Positions 8,132 to 17,678 of a stretch of DNA of 64,000 nucleotides are shown in pieces. How positions within the stretch are numbered: position 1 is the first letter of the stretch; each line of letters starts with the position of its first letter. The stretch comes from Gammaproteobacteria bacterium. Its GTDB lineage: Bacteria; Pseudomonadota; Gammaproteobacteria; Steroidobacterales; Rariloculaceae. The position numbers were made by a program, and so were the translations under genes. The stretch spans positions 3,783,162-3,847,161 of the forward strand of contig OY761822.1 in the NCBI GenBank assembly GCA_963664945.1. The letters are read 5' to 3'. The notes under the pieces were generated by a model. That model made no database searches. It was given only the letters and a program-made list of their open reading frames with translations, and was not told the DNA's origin.

Positions 8132-10855
8132 CTACTCCCAACGGACGTTGAACTCGGCGCCCCAGGTCGCCGGACGTCCGTAACGATAGAAGTACACCCC
8201 CGAGCGGTTACCCGTGGCGCCGCCGCACCACTCGTTGTAGCGCGTGTCGGTGATGTTCTGCCCGAACACCGAAGCAGTCCAGTTGCCTTCCGCGGGAGCG
8301 TAAGTCGCCCGTGCACGAAACTTGGAATACGCCGGCGTGAAGCACAGCGAGCGCTCGTTCGTGGTGGTGTCGAGCCCGCCCGCGAAGTCGTAGTCGTCCT
8401 GCCAGTACATCCCCAGCATGGGGGTCAGGGTCCCGCCGTTACCCATCTGGAAAACGTGCTCGACGGTGGCATTGATCGTCCACTCAGGCGAGTAGTCGGC
8501 GATGCTCAGCAACGAGTTGTCGATCAAGGCGTCCGGGTTGTCCGGGTCGAACGATTCGTACTTGCCGTACGTGGCCTCCAGCCGGCCCACGTCGAGCGAG
8601 ATGAACCCGCCGTCCCAGGGCGTGGCGCGCAACTCGAACTCGATGCCGACGATGTCAACCGTCGCCGCGTTGGTGACGATGTTCAGCGCCGGGTCGCCGC
8701 CGAAGCGTCCGTCGGAGTTGTCGATATTGACCTGTTCCTGCTTGTCCTGGTAGTCCATCCAGAACAGATCGCCCGCGATCCGGACCCGGCCGTCCGCCAG
8801 CGTGCCCTTGTAGCCGATCTCGTAGTTGGCTACATGCTCCGGATTGTAGGTGAGCAATGGAATGAGCGCGGGCACCAGCGTGGTGTTGAGTTCGTCGTTG
8901 AACGCGCCTGACAGGAAACCCTCGGAATAGAGCAGATAGAACATGCCTTCTTCCATGTTGCGGGTCAGGCTGACCATGGGCGTGGTTTCGCTGAAGTTGG
9001 CCGAGGTGTCGTTGTAGAAACCGCCCTCAAAGATGGAACCAAAGCTCAGGATATAGTCCGGCGTGCAGAATTCCGACCGGGGCGGGTCGCCGGGCTGACC
9101 GAAGCTGCAGGTCTCCGGGACCGTCTCAAGCTCGACCAGGTTGAAGAAACGGTCTTCGTCCGTCCACCTGGCGCCCACATCCAGCGTCCAGGCATCGGCC
9201 AGGGCAATGGTCGCATGCCCGAACAGCGCCTGGGAATCGGTCTGGACCACACCGCTCATGCCAGCCGGATAGGGACCGCCCGGAACGTGCCGGGGCGAAG
9301 ACAACCAGTCGAACTGCGTGCCGCCGTCGGGCATGCACGTAATCGAAAAGCCCGAATCCGGATCGCTCAGCGCGGCGAAATTCTCCCGGGTCGTTCGCAG
9401 GCAGTCGCCGCCGCCGGTTTCACTGTCGTCATCGAACAAGTGCGCACCGATAACGAAGTCCACCCGGTCATTCGCCACCGCCGTGAACAACACCTCGAAA
9501 TTCTGGGTGGTGCGGACTGTCCCGCGGCCCGGGAACGGCGGCGTACCGATGGCGTCCATGGGGGTCGACGAGTAATCGCGGTCCTGGAAGTAGTTGTAGT
9601 CGGTGACGTGATTGGAGGCGATGACCTTGATATTCAGGTTGTCCAGCCCTCCGATCTCGCCGGCAGAATCCCACTGGATCGTCGCGTTGACGTTCTCGTT
9701 GTCCAACTGGAGCATGCTCGCCTTTTCCGAGGACGTGACGAAATCGCCCATGGCATTGTCGGTGTTGCAGGCGTTCCAGAGATCAATGACCGCGCCGGGA
9801 TACAGCCGCTCCACGTGCCCACCGAAGTTGACCCGGTACTGATTGTTCGGAGTGCCATCGTCGTTTGTACCCTCCTCGACGGGCACACCGTTTACCAACA
9901 CGACATCGCCATTGGACGGCCTGCCGAACCGATGTGTACCGCCCCACTGACCGATCCCGTCGTCGTAGACCTGACCGTTATATGTCTGTCCCTCATGCAC
10001 CACTACGCCGTTGACCTCGACCGTTTTGGCGATGTTGTTGACCTGGCTCCGCGATGGACGCGCCCGGCACTGACCCGGGGCGTTGTGGTCGTCCTGGTAG
10101 TTGCCGCGGAAGCCCAGGTCTACGGTCCAGTTGTCATCCGGCGTGAATCGCAGCGCAGCCGAGAACGCATTGATGTCGGTCGCGCCCCAATCGGAATTCA
10201 GGGTCCGGTTGTAGTAGAAGCCGTCCGAGGACTCGTTGGCGTAACTGAATCGCGCGGCCACCGAATCGCTCAGCGGAAGGTTGATCATGCCGCGGACATC
10301 CAGTTGTCCGAAACTGGCGGCGCGCGCCAGGGCGCTGGCCTCGAATTCCGGTCCGGGCTTGGCGCTGACGATGTTGATCGCACCGCCCGTGGTGTTCTTG
10401 CCGAACAGCGTGCCCTGTGGGCCGCGCAGCACTTCGATGCGCTCGATGTCCACGGTATTGAGCATGTTGCCTACGGTGTTGGGCAGATAATGCCCGTCGA
10501 TATACGTTCCCGCGCCCACCGGCTGCAGGTGACCCGGTGAGTCGTTCCCGATGCCGCGGATGTAGATCGCGGTGACGCCGCGCCGGCCGGTATTGGTGAA
10601 GTTCACGTTGGGCACATGATCCGTAATGTCCATGATGTCGTAGATGCCCTGGGCCTGCATGGCGTCCGCCGTAATGGCGCTGACCGAAAGCGGCAGATCC
10701 TGCAGGCTTTCCTCGCGCCGTCTGGCGGTGACCACGACTTCCTCCAGCATGGCCTGAGCGGACGCAGACTGCTGGGCATTGGCCGGCCCGGCCAACGAAA
10801 AGAGTGTTCCAACCGCAACGGCCGCAACACCCGTAACGCCTACACGTACTTTCAT
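8132..10855 (-). CDS. TonB-dependent receptor
   Basis: Signal peptide ...LAGPANAQQ. Plug motifs LEEVVVTARRREESLQDLPLSVSAI and IERIEVLRGPQGTLFGKNTTGGAINIVS. C-terminal ...FNVRWE. Paralogue of 12828..15611. Confidence 0.93.
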   Translation of the reverse strand: MKVRVGVTGVAAVAVGTLFSLAGPANAQQSASAQAMLEEVVVTARRREESLQDLPLSVSAITADAMQAQGIYDIMDITDHVPNVNFTNTGRRGVTAIYIRGIGNDSPGHLQPVGAGTYIDGHYLPNTVGNMLNTVDIERIEVLRGPQGTLFGKNTTGGAINIVSAKPGPEFEASALARAASFGQLDVRGMINLPLSDSVAARFSYANESSDGFYYNRTLNSDWGATDINAFSAALRFTPDDNWTVDLGFRGNYQDDHNAPGQCRARPSRSQVNNIAKTVEVNGVVVHEGQTYNGQVYDDGIGQWGGTHRFGRPSNGDVVLVNGVPVEEGTNDDGTPNNQYRVNFGGHVERLYPGAVIDLWNACNTDNAMGDFVTSSEKASMLQLDNENVNATIQWDSAGEIGGLDNLNIKVIASNHVTDYNYFQDRDYSSTPMDAIGTPPFPGRGTVRTTQNFEVLFTAVANDRVDFVIGAHLFDDDSETGGGDCLRTTRENFAALSDPDSGFSITCMPDGGTQFDWLSSPRHVPGGPYPAGMSGVVQTDSQALFGHATIALADAWTLDVGARWTDEDRFFNLVELETVPETCSFGQPGDPPRSEFCTPDYILSFGSIFEGGFYNDTSANFSETTPMVSLTRNMEEGMFYLLYSEGFLSGAFNDELNTTLVPALIPLLTYNPEHVANYEIGYKGTLADGRVRIAGDLFWMDYQDKQEQVNIDNSDGRFGGDPALNIVTNAATVDIVGIEFELRATPWDGGFISLDVGRLEATYGKYESFDPDNPDALIDNSLLSIADYSPEWTINATVEHVFQMGNGGTLTPMLGMYWQDDYDFAGGLDTTTNERSLCFTPAYSKFRARATYAPAEGNWTASVFGQNITDTRYNEWCGGATGNRSGVYFYRYGRPATWGAEFNVRWE

Positions 10856-10949
10856 TTGAACTCCCTCGTTATTGATTATGAGTATTGATATCGAATCGTC
10901 TTCTGGTTGTAGTTCTCAAGCAACATTGTGCGACGGAAACGACACTGTG

Positions 10950-10978
10950 GTTTTACTGCAAACGATTGCAATTGTCAA
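10950..10978 (-). promoter_or_regulatory. sigma70-type promoter candidate for TBDR 8132..10855
   Basis: Minus strand reads TTGACA (10978-10973), 17 nt, then TAAAAC (10955-10950). Colinear with the promoter of the paralogous TBDR at 15711-15739, including downstream AGTGT and CAATGTTGC (10928-10920). Confidence 0.5.
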
Positions 10979-11078
10979 TTCGCCAACTGATCGTGATCGC
11001 GAAATCAAAGTCAAGGAAGAGTCATCCAAGCCGGCCGAAGCGACTCGCTAACTTGTATTGCAAATATTGCTGTTCGGC

Positions 11079-12719
11079 TTACTCGCTCGGCACTATCGGC
11101 AACAGCAAGCAGGAGGCCCTTTCGCCGCCGGTGTAGATCGTATTGTCCTTGAGATTGTAGGCAGCGAAATAGTGCTGCCCGTCATGGGCGTTCACATCCA
11201 GCCGGATGCGATCTCCCGCACCGAAGACCATGCTCGTGGCCCAGATCTCGACTTCGATGGGCACGACGTCGCCGGGAGCAAGTATCTGCTCCTCGTCGTG
11301 CGCGTGATACGGGCGGTAAGGCGTGGAGCGTTCAGGATCGAGCTTTCGATGCGAAACTCGCAGTACCCCCCGCGTTGCAGTATCCACGTTGCCATCCGGA
11401 CTCATACGGCGCAGGTAGGCAAAAACGTCCATGTCGTCGGTCTCGGAAGAAACCCACATCACCAGGTTGATGTGGCCCGTTACCTCAACCGGCTCCGTCA
11501 GCGGCTCGGTGATGAAGGTGGCAGTGGGCAGACCCGCAAGACCGCGTCGATAGGCCTCTGGCCCCGCCGCGTACGTGAGCGACCCCTCGCGCTCCGGTGG
11601 TGTCAGGCTCAGCCGCATGTCGTGGACAGCGTCATCCACGGCCCCGGCAGGATCATCCGTCAGGTAGTAACGCACATATTCCGTGCGAGCCAGTGGCCAT
11701 TCGTTCTCGAACCGCCACTCGCACTCGGTGACGCTGGTGCGGATACACAGCTTGATGGGCGGTTCGTCCATGATGCCGGTGTCGATATCCTTGAGCCAAT
11801 AGTCATACCAGCGCAGCAGGTCGTCCTTGCCCTCGTCCGAATAGAATGCGTCGGTGTGGCCGCCGATGTGCAGCTGCAGCTTCTTGTGCTCGGATTCGCA
11901 ATGTACGAAGGCCTCGATGTTGCCCCTCAGGTGGTGATTCCAGCCGCCCCAGTTCCCCGAGCTGTAGAGCGGAACCGTGATTCGGTCGAATTGCGCCCGG
12001 GCCTTGACTCGGTCCCACCAGTCGCTGTCCATGTGGTGGGTCAAGAAGTTGTAAAGCAGATCCTCCGACAACGCCGCCGGATTGTCGGCCCTCGTGTTCT
12101 CGAGAAGTTGCTTTCCGCGAACGTCCAGCCACCAACTGCCGTAGAAGCCCTGGTTGAAGACGCCGCCGTGGAAAACCGAATCCCTGTATGTGTCGGACCA
12201 CCCCTCCCAGGGCATGATGGCCGTGAGCGAAGGCGGCTGAAGACTGGCCACATTCCACTGCGTGATGGCGTAGTAGGAAACGCCGATCAGACCGGTCTTG
12301 CCGGTGCTCCAGGGCTGCTCGGCGCTCCACTCGATGGCGTCGTAATAGTCCCTGGCCTCCTGCATCGACAGCAGGTCGGATTGACCGGGCGAGGTTCCGG
12401 TGCCGCGGCTGTCGACGAACACCAGGACGTAGCCGCGGGGTGCCCACCAATCCGGCTCGGGACGCTCTACATGGGTAAAGGGCGCCTCGTGAGGAAGGAC
12501 CCTGTCCAGCGCCTTCTGGTATGGGCTGAGGCTCATCAGAACGGGAAACCGTTCACCCTCAGCCGCATCCGGTCTGTAAACGTCGGCACGCAACACCGTT
12601 CCGTCGCGCACCCCGATGGGTACGTCCTTGTCGAATACCACGCCGTACCGCGGTTGCGAAACATTCCGGGACACGACACCTCCCGAGTGCAGGACCAGCA
12701 ACGATACTGCGCCCAACAT
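11079..12719 (-). CDS. CocE/NonD family hydrolase (S15 X-Pro dipeptidyl-peptidase-like)
   Basis: VPIGVRDGTVLRADVYRP, VFVDSRGTGTSPG, nucleophile GVSYYAITQW, plus a C-terminal beta-sandwich region. ATG 12719 has no SD and directly abuts a terminator T-tract. The alternative GTG 12674 is preceded by GGGAGG. Confidence 0.85.
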   Translation of the reverse strand: MLGAVSLLVLHSGGVVSRNVSQPRYGVVFDKDVPIGVRDGTVLRADVYRPDAAEGERFPVLMSLSPYQKALDRVLPHEAPFTHVERPEPDWWAPRGYVLVFVDSRGTGTSPGQSDLLSMQEARDYYDAIEWSAEQPWSTGKTGLIGVSYYAITQWNVASLQPPSLTAIMPWEGWSDTYRDSVFHGGVFNQGFYGSWWLDVRGKQLLENTRADNPAALSEDLLYNFLTHHMDSDWWDRVKARAQFDRITVPLYSSGNWGGWNHHLRGNIEAFVHCESEHKKLQLHIGGHTDAFYSDEGKDDLLRWYDYWLKDIDTGIMDEPPIKLCIRTSVTECEWRFENEWPLARTEYVRYYLTDDPAGAVDDAVHDMRLSLTPPEREGSLTYAAGPEAYRRGLAGLPTATFITEPLTEPVEVTGHINLVMWVSSETDDMDVFAYLRRMSPDGNVDTATRGVLRVSHRKLDPERSTPYRPYHAHDEEQILAPGDVVPIEVEIWATSMVFGAGDRIRLDVNAHDGQHYFAAYNLKDNTIYTGGERASCLLLPIVPSE

Positions 12720-12720
12720 T

Positions 12721-12761
12721 AAGAAACCAAACCAAAAACGGCACCCCCGAAGAGGTGCCGT
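12721..12761 (-). terminator. rho-independent terminator downstream of TBDR 12828..15611
   Basis: Minus strand reads ACGGCACC-tcttcggg-GGTGCCGT (perfect 8-bp stem, 12761-12738), followed by TTTTGGTTTGGTTTCTT. Confidence 0.85.
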
Positions 12762-12827
12762 CGTTGGTGGCGCTTCCGTCTCCGATTCAGGCGGTGACGA
12801 ACCGAATCACGGAATCATGCCCGGATC

Positions 12828-15611
12828 TCAACCGCCGCCGAAACGCATGGTGAACTCCGCACCCCACCACGCGGGCGCCTGATGCAGCGTCTTGTAAGTG
12901 CCGCCCCGGTTGTTTCCGCAACGCAACAGGATCCTTTCGTCCGTAATGTTGTAGCCGTAGAACGCCGCCTGCCAGCTTCCGTCCGACGGCTCGTACGTTA
13001 CTCGAGTTCGCCACTTGGCATAGCTGTCCTGGTGGCAGTGCGGGGACCTTTCACCCACATCCAGCCCGGAAAGCCACTCGAAGTCGGCTTGCGTGTAGAC
13101 ACCGAGTTGCGGCGTCAGCAGCGCCCCGTTCCCCATCTCGAACGCATGTTCGACAGTACCCGTCACGGTCCAGTCAGGCGTCCGGTTGGCGATGGATGAA
13201 TCGGAAACGTCGATCAGGGGGCCGCCGATATTGTCCAGATCGGGCACCAGGAAGGTGCTGTACTCGGAATTGAGCACGCCGACATCGAGCGAGACGAACC
13301 CGCTGGTCCAGGGGCTGGAACGCAACTCGAGTTCGAACCCCGAGATGCCGACATCGGCAGCGTTCTGGGTATATTCCAGTGCCGGGTCCGGCCCGAACCG
13401 GCCGTCGCTGTTGTCGACCTCGATCGCTTCCTGCTTGTCAACGTAATCCATGAAGAAAATGTCCGCCGCCATTCGCAAGCGCCCGTCCAGCAATGTGCCC
13501 TTGAAACCGAGTTCATAATTGGTGACGAACTCGGGACCGTAGGGAATGATGTCGATGACGTTCTGGCGCTGCTCCGCACTGAAACCCGGATTGTTCGGGT
13601 TGAGTTCGTCGTTGAACGCACCGGTGAGATAACCCTGGGACATCGTGGCGTACAGAATTCCGCTCTCCAGTACATCGTTGGGAGCAAGGTGCCGGGTCAG
13701 GCTGAGCGTCGGCGTGATCTCGCTGAAGCTGGCGTCGACATTGGCGTGAATTCCGCCTTCCACGATCGTGGCCCGGTTCATCACGTAGTCCGCATTGCAG
13801 AACGTCAGCGGGGAGGGATCGCCGGGGTTGTTGTGCGTGCAGGTCCCCCGCTGCGTCGGGTACTCGATATGCGCCTGACCGCGATCGTCCTGCATCCAGC
13901 GCGCGCCCACGGCGAGGTTCCATTGTTCCGTAAGGGCGTAGTCCAGGTGCGCGTAGACGGCGGTCGAGAGACCGGTGGTCCGACCCGCGTTGGTCGCCGA
14001 GCGCCGGTCTCCCACGCTGTCCGGCAGCCGGTGAAAGAAGGTTCCGCCTTCCGGTTCGCAGATGACGTTGTCGTCGTGCATGCCGTTGATGGTGCCTTCG
14101 GGAACCCCCGTGGCGGGGTTGATGGGGCCGCCGTCCGGATCCCATGCCGCGATCCAGTCGCGCAGGCACGCGCCGGTGCCGGCCTGGGCCAGGTCGTCGA
14201 ACCAGTAGAGGCCGGTGGTGAGGTTTGCCCGGTCGTTGAGTTGGCCGTTGAAGATCAGCTCGAACTCATCCGTCCAGCGGGCAATTCCGCGGCTGCCCTG
14301 TGGATTGTTTCCGATGTGGTCGATGATGCCGGGGCCAAAGTCCCGATCCTGGTAGTAGTTGTACGAGGTGTATCGCCAGGCGCCCTTGATCTGCAGCGTG
14401 GCATCCTCGAACGCACCCAATTCACCCGGCGCCCAGGTGGCGTCCAGCGTGAACATGTCGTTGTCGATGTGGGAGTAAGTGAGCGCGTCCTGGTAGGTCT
14501 GATAGACATCGCCCGAATTGGCGTCCTCCCAGCAGGAATTCGCCAGAGTCGCGGCCGCTCCGGGATAAAGCGCGTCGACCCGCATGTTCGACCCGCCGAC
14601 CAGGGATCCACCAGCCGAAGGCGGACGCAGCGAACTGTCATCGTTTGCGCTCCCCCAGCGATCAACCCCGTATTCGGTGAACGGTCCCGGTCCCATATAG
14701 ACCACGTCATCGGCCGTACCCAGCACCAGGTCCGGGCCGGTGAATGTCCCCGGATTGCTCGGCGTACCGCCATCGGCAGCACCGATCAGCAGATTGTAGG
14801 TGCGCGGGTTCGGCCGCGGACGGCACTGCCCGCCCTGGTTATCGTCGCGATCCCTGGCCATTGCAACGCGTGCATCGATGGTCCAGCTCTCACTCAACTC
14901 CCAGCGCAGTGCCAGCCCCACGCTTTCCTGGTCGGTGCCGCCGGCGGGCTGGTTGAAAAAGCGGTTGTAGTAGTAGCCGTCGTTGGCTTCGGAAGCGTAA
15001 TTGGCGCGGAAGAACACGCTGTCCGTGATCGGCGCGTTGACCATGGCCCGCACGTCCTGCTGCCCGAAGTCGCCGGCTCTCACCGTGACGTAGGAGTCGA
15101 ATTCCGGTCCCGGCTTGGCGCTCACCCAGCTCACCGCGCCGCCCGTGGTGTTCTTGCCGAACAGCGTGCCCTGCGGGCCGCGCAGGATTTCCACCCGCTC
15201 GACGTCCAGGGTACTCAGGAATGCCCCCAGGCTACCCGACATGTAGTGGCCGTCCACGTACATGCCCACGCCGAAGACTTGAGCAGGATTGGAAAACCCG
15301 CCCCCGATGCCGCGGATGTACATTCGCGTATCGTTCTTGCGCTGATCCTCCGTCAGCACCACGTTGGGCACGAAGTCACTGATCTGCTCCATGTTGTAGA
15401 TGCCCTGGGCCTGCATGGCCTCCGCGGAAATAGCCTGAATGGAAAGCGGCAGTTCCTCCAGGTTTTCCTCCCGGCGACGTGCCGTGACGACCACTTCCTC
15501 AAGAAAGGCCGCGGCCGACGCGGACTGCTGGGCTTTGGCCGTTTCTGCGGTCGAAAAAAGAATTGCGGCAGACAGCGCCGCTACGCCAGAAGCGCATAGT
15601 CGTAGTTTCAT
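12828..15611 (-). CDS. TonB-dependent receptor
   Basis: Start moved to ATG 15611 (MKLRLCASGVAALSAAILFSTAETAKAQQ), preceded by GAGGAAAA. Plug motifs LEEVVVTARRREENLEELPLSIQAI and VERVEILRGPQGTLFGKNTTGG. C-terminal ...FTMRFGGG. Confidence 0.93.
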   Translation of the reverse strand: MKLRLCASGVAALSAAILFSTAETAKAQQSASAAAFLEEVVVTARRREENLEELPLSIQAISAEAMQAQGIYNMEQISDFVPNVVLTEDQRKNDTRMYIRGIGGGFSNPAQVFGVGMYVDGHYMSGSLGAFLSTLDVERVEILRGPQGTLFGKNTTGGAVSWVSAKPGPEFDSYVTVRAGDFGQQDVRAMVNAPITDSVFFRANYASEANDGYYYNRFFNQPAGGTDQESVGLALRWELSESWTIDARVAMARDRDDNQGGQCRPRPNPRTYNLLIGAADGGTPSNPGTFTGPDLVLGTADDVVYMGPGPFTEYGVDRWGSANDDSSLRPPSAGGSLVGGSNMRVDALYPGAAATLANSCWEDANSGDVYQTYQDALTYSHIDNDMFTLDATWAPGELGAFEDATLQIKGAWRYTSYNYYQDRDFGPGIIDHIGNNPQGSRGIARWTDEFELIFNGQLNDRANLTTGLYWFDDLAQAGTGACLRDWIAAWDPDGGPINPATGVPEGTINGMHDDNVICEPEGGTFFHRLPDSVGDRRSATNAGRTTGLSTAVYAHLDYALTEQWNLAVGARWMQDDRGQAHIEYPTQRGTCTHNNPGDPSPLTFCNADYVMNRATIVEGGIHANVDASFSEITPTLSLTRHLAPNDVLESGILYATMSQGYLTGAFNDELNPNNPGFSAEQRQNVIDIIPYGPEFVTNYELGFKGTLLDGRLRMAADIFFMDYVDKQEAIEVDNSDGRFGPDPALEYTQNAADVGISGFELELRSSPWTSGFVSLDVGVLNSEYSTFLVPDLDNIGGPLIDVSDSSIANRTPDWTVTGTVEHAFEMGNGALLTPQLGVYTQADFEWLSGLDVGERSPHCHQDSYAKWRTRVTYEPSDGSWQAAFYGYNITDERILLRCGNNRGGTYKTLHQAPAWWGAEFTMRFGGG

Positions 15612-15669
15612 GTGATTTTCCTCGGATTCGTCGGAATAAAGCACGGGGACTGCGTACCGATTATTGAGC

Positions 15670-15739
15670 GTTGCCTTTGCGCAACATTGGTATTTGGATC
15701 GCACACTCGTTTTCTACTGGAAGCATACGAGAATGTCAA
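15670..15739 (-). promoter_or_regulatory. sigma70-type promoter plus GTTGC-N6-GCAAC dyad for TBDR 12828..15611
   Basis: Minus strand reads TTGACA (15739-15734), 17 nt, then TAGAAA (15716-15711). Downstream is AGTGT, then CAATGTTGC-gcaaag-GCAAC (dyad at 15685-15670). Confidence 0.5.
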
Positions 15740-15809
15740 TTCTTGTTGACCTTGAGATCGGCGTGCGTAAGGTACATGCCTTGCCCGAACGCTCCCGCGA
15801 GGACAATAC

Positions 15810-17678
15810 ATGAAGAAAAGCTGGACGCACCTGGATACCGACGTACTGGTGATCGGCGGCGGCGTCGCCGGCTGCATGGCGGCCATTCCCGCATTGGAAG
15901 CCGGCCTGGACGTGGTGGTCTGCGAAAAGGGCAAGGTGCTCGACCACTGCGGCAGCGTCGGTTGCGGGGTCGACCATTACCTCACCGTCATGGACTCGGG
16001 TCCGGAGTGGGACACGCCGGAATTTCTCATCAAGCATGTACCCGAACTGACCGACGGCATTGTCGACATGGAGGTGACCAGCCGGGTGATCCACGAAATG
16101 CCCCGGGTCTTGCGCAGGATCGAGAGCTTCGGCGTGAATTTCAAGGATCCGCGCTACAACGACTACTACCGGCTGCGCTCATTCGGCCTGCCCGGCACCT
16201 ATCACATCAACTTCGACGGCACCGAATTCAAGAAGCATATCGGACAGCAGGTCCGCAAACTCAAGGGCACGGTACTGACGCGCACCATGGCGGTAGAGTT
16301 GCTGGTGGCCGATGGCCGCGTCTACGGCGCCCTGGCGTTCAACTTCCGCAACGGCAAGTGGTTCGCAATCCGTGCCCGCGCCGTGGTCCTGGCCGCCGGA
16401 GAGGTCAATCGCATCTCCCTGAACGCATCGGGCATGCCGTTCGACAGTTGGCACTGTCCCTACAACACCGGTGACGCTCAGGCCATGGGATACCGAGCGG
16501 GCGCGGTGCTGGCGAACATGGAGTTCGTGGAGACCACACTTACGCCCAAGGGATTCTCCGCCCAGGGGCTCAATGCCCTGGTCAGCGAAGGCGCGCATTT
16601 CGTCAACAAGCGCGGCGAGCGCTTCATGTTCAAGTACGACGCCAAGGGCGAAAACGCCCGGCGTGCCGTGATTGCCGACGCGGTCATCAATGAGTATCTG
16701 CTGGGAAACGGCCCGGTCTACGCCGATTGCCGGCACTTGCCGGACGACATCCTCGACCACATGGAGGCCACGTTGCAGGTGGACCGCTACACCATGCCCG
16801 CCTTCTACCAGCAGAAGGGGCTGAATTTTCGCGAGGAACCGGTGGAAGTCTCCATTTCCGAACTGAGCATCCGCCGCAGCGGCGTGTATTTCCGCGGCAG
16901 CGGCCTGGCGGTCGATACCCGTGGCCAGACATCGATCATCGGGCTCTTCGCGGCCGGGGACTGCGCATCCGTGAGCGGCGGTATTGCCGGAGCGTCCGTC
17001 GTTGGTCATATCGCCGGAGAAGGCGTGGCGGGGTTCCTGAAGAACGCACCGACCACGCGTCCCGACATCGACATGCCGGGTGCCGAAGACATCCGCGCCC
17101 GGTCCATGGCGCACATGCAGGTCAATGAGGCGATGCGCCTCACCTGGAAGGCATTCGAGCACGAGGTGCGCCGGACGGTCACGGACCACGTGGGCGTACG
17201 CCGTAACGACAAGGGGCTGCAATTGGCGCTGCAAAACCTGCGCACCCTGGGGGGGCAGGAAAGCCAACTCAAGGCGGACGACCTGCACGAACTCATGCGC
17301 GTGCACGAGAGCACCAGCATCCGCCTCAATGCCGAATTAATGACCGTGTCGGCGCTGGCCCGCAAGGAAACGCGCACGGGCTCGTCTCACCGCCGGCTGG
17401 ACTACCCGGATTCCGACGACGTGAACTGGCGCAAATTCGTCCTCGTCGAGAAAGGTGGAGACGAGCCACGCGTCGATACGCTGTCAGCGGACGAACCGCT
17501 GGCCGCGGCCTTCGCCCGCAACGGCGGGGCTGACAGTTCCCTCAAGGGCGGAGCGGGCAGTTCTCGCAACGGCGGAGCGGGCAAGTCCCGAAACGGCGAA
17601 GCGGGCGACTCCCGCAACGGCGGAGCAGACGACTCCCGGAACCGCAATTCTGACACCGAGGTGGCCCATGCCGGCTGA
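15810..17678 (+). CDS. FAD-dependent oxidoreductase, succinate dehydrogenase/fumarate reductase flavoprotein superfamily, AprA-like
   Basis: DVLVIGGGVAGCMAA dinucleotide fold. CGSVGCGVDHYLTV, colinear with the AprA RSGAVAQGLSAIN region. AAGDCASVSG. ETRTGSSHRRLDYPDSDD. Ends in a roughly 60-aa low-complexity repeat tail. Confidence 0.8.
   Translation: MKKSWTHLDTDVLVIGGGVAGCMAAIPALEAGLDVVVCEKGKVLDHCGSVGCGVDHYLTVMDSGPEWDTPEFLIKHVPELTDGIVDMEVTSRVIHEMPRVLRRIESFGVNFKDPRYNDYYRLRSFGLPGTYHINFDGTEFKKHIGQQVRKLKGTVLTRTMAVELLVADGRVYGALAFNFRNGKWFAIRARAVVLAAGEVNRISLNASGMPFDSWHCPYNTGDAQAMGYRAGAVLANMEFVETTLTPKGFSAQGLNALVSEGAHFVNKRGERFMFKYDAKGENARRAVIADAVINEYLLGNGPVYADCRHLPDDILDHMEATLQVDRYTMPAFYQQKGLNFREEPVEVSISELSIRRSGVYFRGSGLAVDTRGQTSIIGLFAAGDCASVSGGIAGASVVGHIAGEGVAGFLKNAPTTRPDIDMPGAEDIRARSMAHMQVNEAMRLTWKAFEHEVRRTVTDHVGVRRNDKGLQLALQNLRTLGGQESQLKADDLHELMRVHESTSIRLNAELMTVSALARKETRTGSSHRRLDYPDSDDVNWRKFVLVEKGGDEPRVDTLSADEPLAAAFARNGGADSSLKGGAGSSRNGGAGKSRNGEAGDSRNGGADDSRNRNSDTEVAHAG
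17517..17650 (+). repeat. 24-nt tandem repeat, about 5.5 copies, encoding (R/L)(N/K)G(G/E)A(G/D)xS
   Basis: RNGGADSS LKGGAGSS RNGGAGKS RNGEAGDS RNGGADDS RNRNSD. In frame with the flavoprotein C-terminus, where GC3 is about 75%. The +1 frame, which would extend the ferredoxin, has GC3 of about 66%. Confidence 0.85.

Noticed and set aside
9215-15599. Very long antisense ORFs inside TBDR genes (9215..10540, 13689..15599; likewise 46745..48850, 58088..59209 and 50592..52355 elsewhere)
   Set aside because: They lie opposite genes with unmistakable family signatures. Their translations are low-complexity (R/G/A/V/D-rich). This is typical stop-codon-poor antisense of high-GC coding DNA.
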